This document shows, piece after piece, positions 62,090 to 64,000 of a DNA stretch of 64,000 bases (position 1 is its first letter; each line of letters starts with the position of its first letter). The notes beneath the pieces are model-generated. The model had not been told where the DNA came from. It saw only the letters and a program-made list of their open reading frames with translations, and made no database searches. The position numbers and the translations under genes are program-made. The stretch comes from Leucoraja erinacea. Lineage: Eukaryota. The stretch lies in assembly GCF_028641065.1 (NCBI RefSeq), contig NW_026575759.1:62001-126000 (forward strand), given 5' to 3'.

Positions 62090-63274
62090 TATAGATAGAT
62101 AGCCTTTTATTGTTATTCAGACTTAGTCTGAACGAAATTGCAGCAGTCATACATATAATACAATACAATAAAACAACAATAAACACATATTAACATCCAC
62201 CACAGTGAGTCCACCCAGCATCTCCTCACTGTGATGGAGGCAAAAGTCTTAGGTCTGCAGTCCCTTCCCTCCTCTACTCCCTCTGCGCTGGGGCGATACC
62301 CCCCCCCGGGCGATGTTAAGAACAGTCCCGCGGCTCTCAAACACCGCGGTGGGGTGGTTGAAGCTTGCCCACCAGTCCGCAGATGGGCCCGCGGCCGAAC
62401 CCCGGACTCAGGCCACCTATTGAACACCGTTGCCACCCTCACGTGAGTACTGCGCCGTCTTCAGCCTCGGGCTGGGCCGCCCCGACATTGGGCGCCGAAC
62501 CTCCCCCCTGACCGGGCCGCCCCGACTTGGGCGTCGCTTCTCCCCCCGGACCGGGCCGCCCCGACTTGGGCGTCGCTTCTCCCCCGGACCGGGCCGCCCC
62601 GACTTGGGCGTCGCTTCTCCCCCGGACCGGGCCGCCCCGACTTGGGCGTCGCTTCTCCCCCCGGACCGGGCCGCCCCGACTTGGGCGTCGCTTCTCCCCC
62701 CGGACCGGGCCGCCCCAACTTGGGCGCCGAACCTCCCCCGGACCGGGCCGCCCCGACTTGGGCGCCGAACCTCCCCCGGACCGGGCCGCCCCGACTTGGG
62801 CGTCGCTTCTCCCCCCCGGACCGGGCCGCCCCGACTTGGGCGCCGAACCTCCCTCGGGCTGCCAGCGCCGCACCTTCCCGAGCTCGGCCGCTCCGACGGG
62901 AGCCTCGTTCCACCCTCGGGCTGGCCGCCCTCACGGGAGCGTCCCAGCCTCTTCCAGCCCTGAGCCGGACCACCCTCACGGGAGCGAGCTCAGAGCGAGT
63001 CCTGGCGGGCTCTGCCTCCGGAGCCTCGAGGTCGTCAGCTCCATTAGGCCTCAGCGCAGACGGAGGCAGAGAAGGGGAATACGACAAAAAGGTCGTATTC
63101 CCCCGCAGGGAGAGACTGCAAACCCCGTTGGCCCCCCCCCCCCCCCCCCCCCCCCCCCAAAACACAGCTAAAACCAAAAAAACTAAACTAAGCAAAAAAA
63201 TAAACAACATATAAAAAACACAAAGACAACAGGACCGCCGGTAAGCCGCTGCAGCCAGAGCCGCGCCGCCACTC
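62090..63274 (-). mobile_element. Non-autonomous GC-rich retroelement containing a ~38-bp minisatellite
   Basis: Head GTGGCGGCGCGG...T-rich...G-run...TCTGCGCTGAGGCCTA shared with the 3227-3997 element; (CTAT)n tail. Confidence 0.6.
62470..62855. repeat. GC-rich ~38-bp minisatellite, about 10 copies
   Basis: GGACCGGGCCGCCCCGACTTGGGCG(TCGCTT/CCGAAC)CTCCCCC. Confidence 0.92.
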
Positions 63275-63939
63275 TCACTGATTCATCAAGGAATCTCTTG
63301 ATTCATGAAGGAATCTCGTGAGATTCCCTTAAGGAATCAAGGGATATTGGGGGGAAAAGCAGGAAGGGTTTACTGATTTTAGATGATCAGCTATGTTCAT
63401 ATTAAATGGCGGTGCTGGCTTGATGGGCCGAATGGCCTACTCCTGCACCTATTGTTTGTTGTCTATGGTCTATTTTCATGTTTAATGTATTTTGTGCTTT
63501 TAGGGCTGTTGGCAGATCAATTTCCCTCCTGAGGTAAATAAAGTTGTATTGTATCGTATCTGAGATTTAGATTTAAATTAAGGTAATTATACTCGATAGG
63601 CAGTTATACTGAGGAACAGCACCTCATAGTTCACTTGAGCAGTTTACACCCCAGCGGTAGGAACAATGACCTCCAATTCCAGGCAGTCCCTGCTTTCTCC
63701 TCCCCTTCCCAGCTCTCCCACAGCCCACTGTCTCAGCCTCTTCCTTTCTTCTTCTCCCCACCCTCACATCAGTTTGAAGAAGGGTCTCGACCCGAAACGG
63801 CCGCCTATTCCTTTGCTCCATAGATGCTGCCTGACCTGCTGAGTTTCTCCAGCATTTTTGACTACCCTCGAGAGGCAGTTGGCTCTGTTGTTGCGACTGG
63901 GTCAACCGAAGGTGGAACGATTTCCATTCACTGACGTAC

Positions 63940-64000
63940 CTGATAACTGAAAATGGGCCTCCCTTGTCTCCCCTGTCCCGATCCCCACGAAACAGGAATA
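63940..64000 (-). CDS. 3' end of another IgC exon of the second gene (truncated by the window edge)
   Basis: YSCFVGIGTGETREAHFQLS plus G|gtacgtcag, paralogous to the 59359 exon end including the flanking intron. Confidence 0.8.

Noticed and set aside
62430-63214. Several 144-249 aa ORFs on both strands
   Set aside because: Stop-free frames caused by a GC-rich minisatellite; repetitive translations with no domain.

Overview
Repeat-rich vertebrate genomic DNA. The CR1/HER1-type LINEs, V-SINE/HE1-type SINEs and Penelope fragments suggest a cartilaginous fish, probably a skate or ray (inference). It holds an immune-gene cluster. (1) A complete 4-exon TNF (TNF-alpha-type) gene on the + strand (CDS 11431-14982, 229 aa), with a TATA/kB promoter and an ARE-rich 3' UTR; a 441-N gap lies in intron 2. 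(2) A complete butyrophilin-like gene on the - strand, convergent with TNF (signal peptide, IgV, IgC, TM, three micro-exons, B30.2/PRY-SPRY; CDS 48489-30740, 479 aa), with a candidate ISRE/CCAAT/GC-box promoter near 51.3 kb. (3) Part of a second butyrophilin/B7-family gene on the - strand with tandem IgC-IgV-IgC exons running off the window end. Duplicated micro-exon-like segments at 0.2, 3.0 and 5.1 kb may be the 3' end of an upstream + strand gene. The rest is nested mobile DNA: CR1, L2, Rex1/Babar, Vingi, Penelope (with hammerhead-like motifs), hAT, Tc1/mariner and Harbinger-like MITEs, and a tandem Helitron. About 52.9-55.5 kb looks like low-quality consensus. All calls were made by eye, with no database searches.
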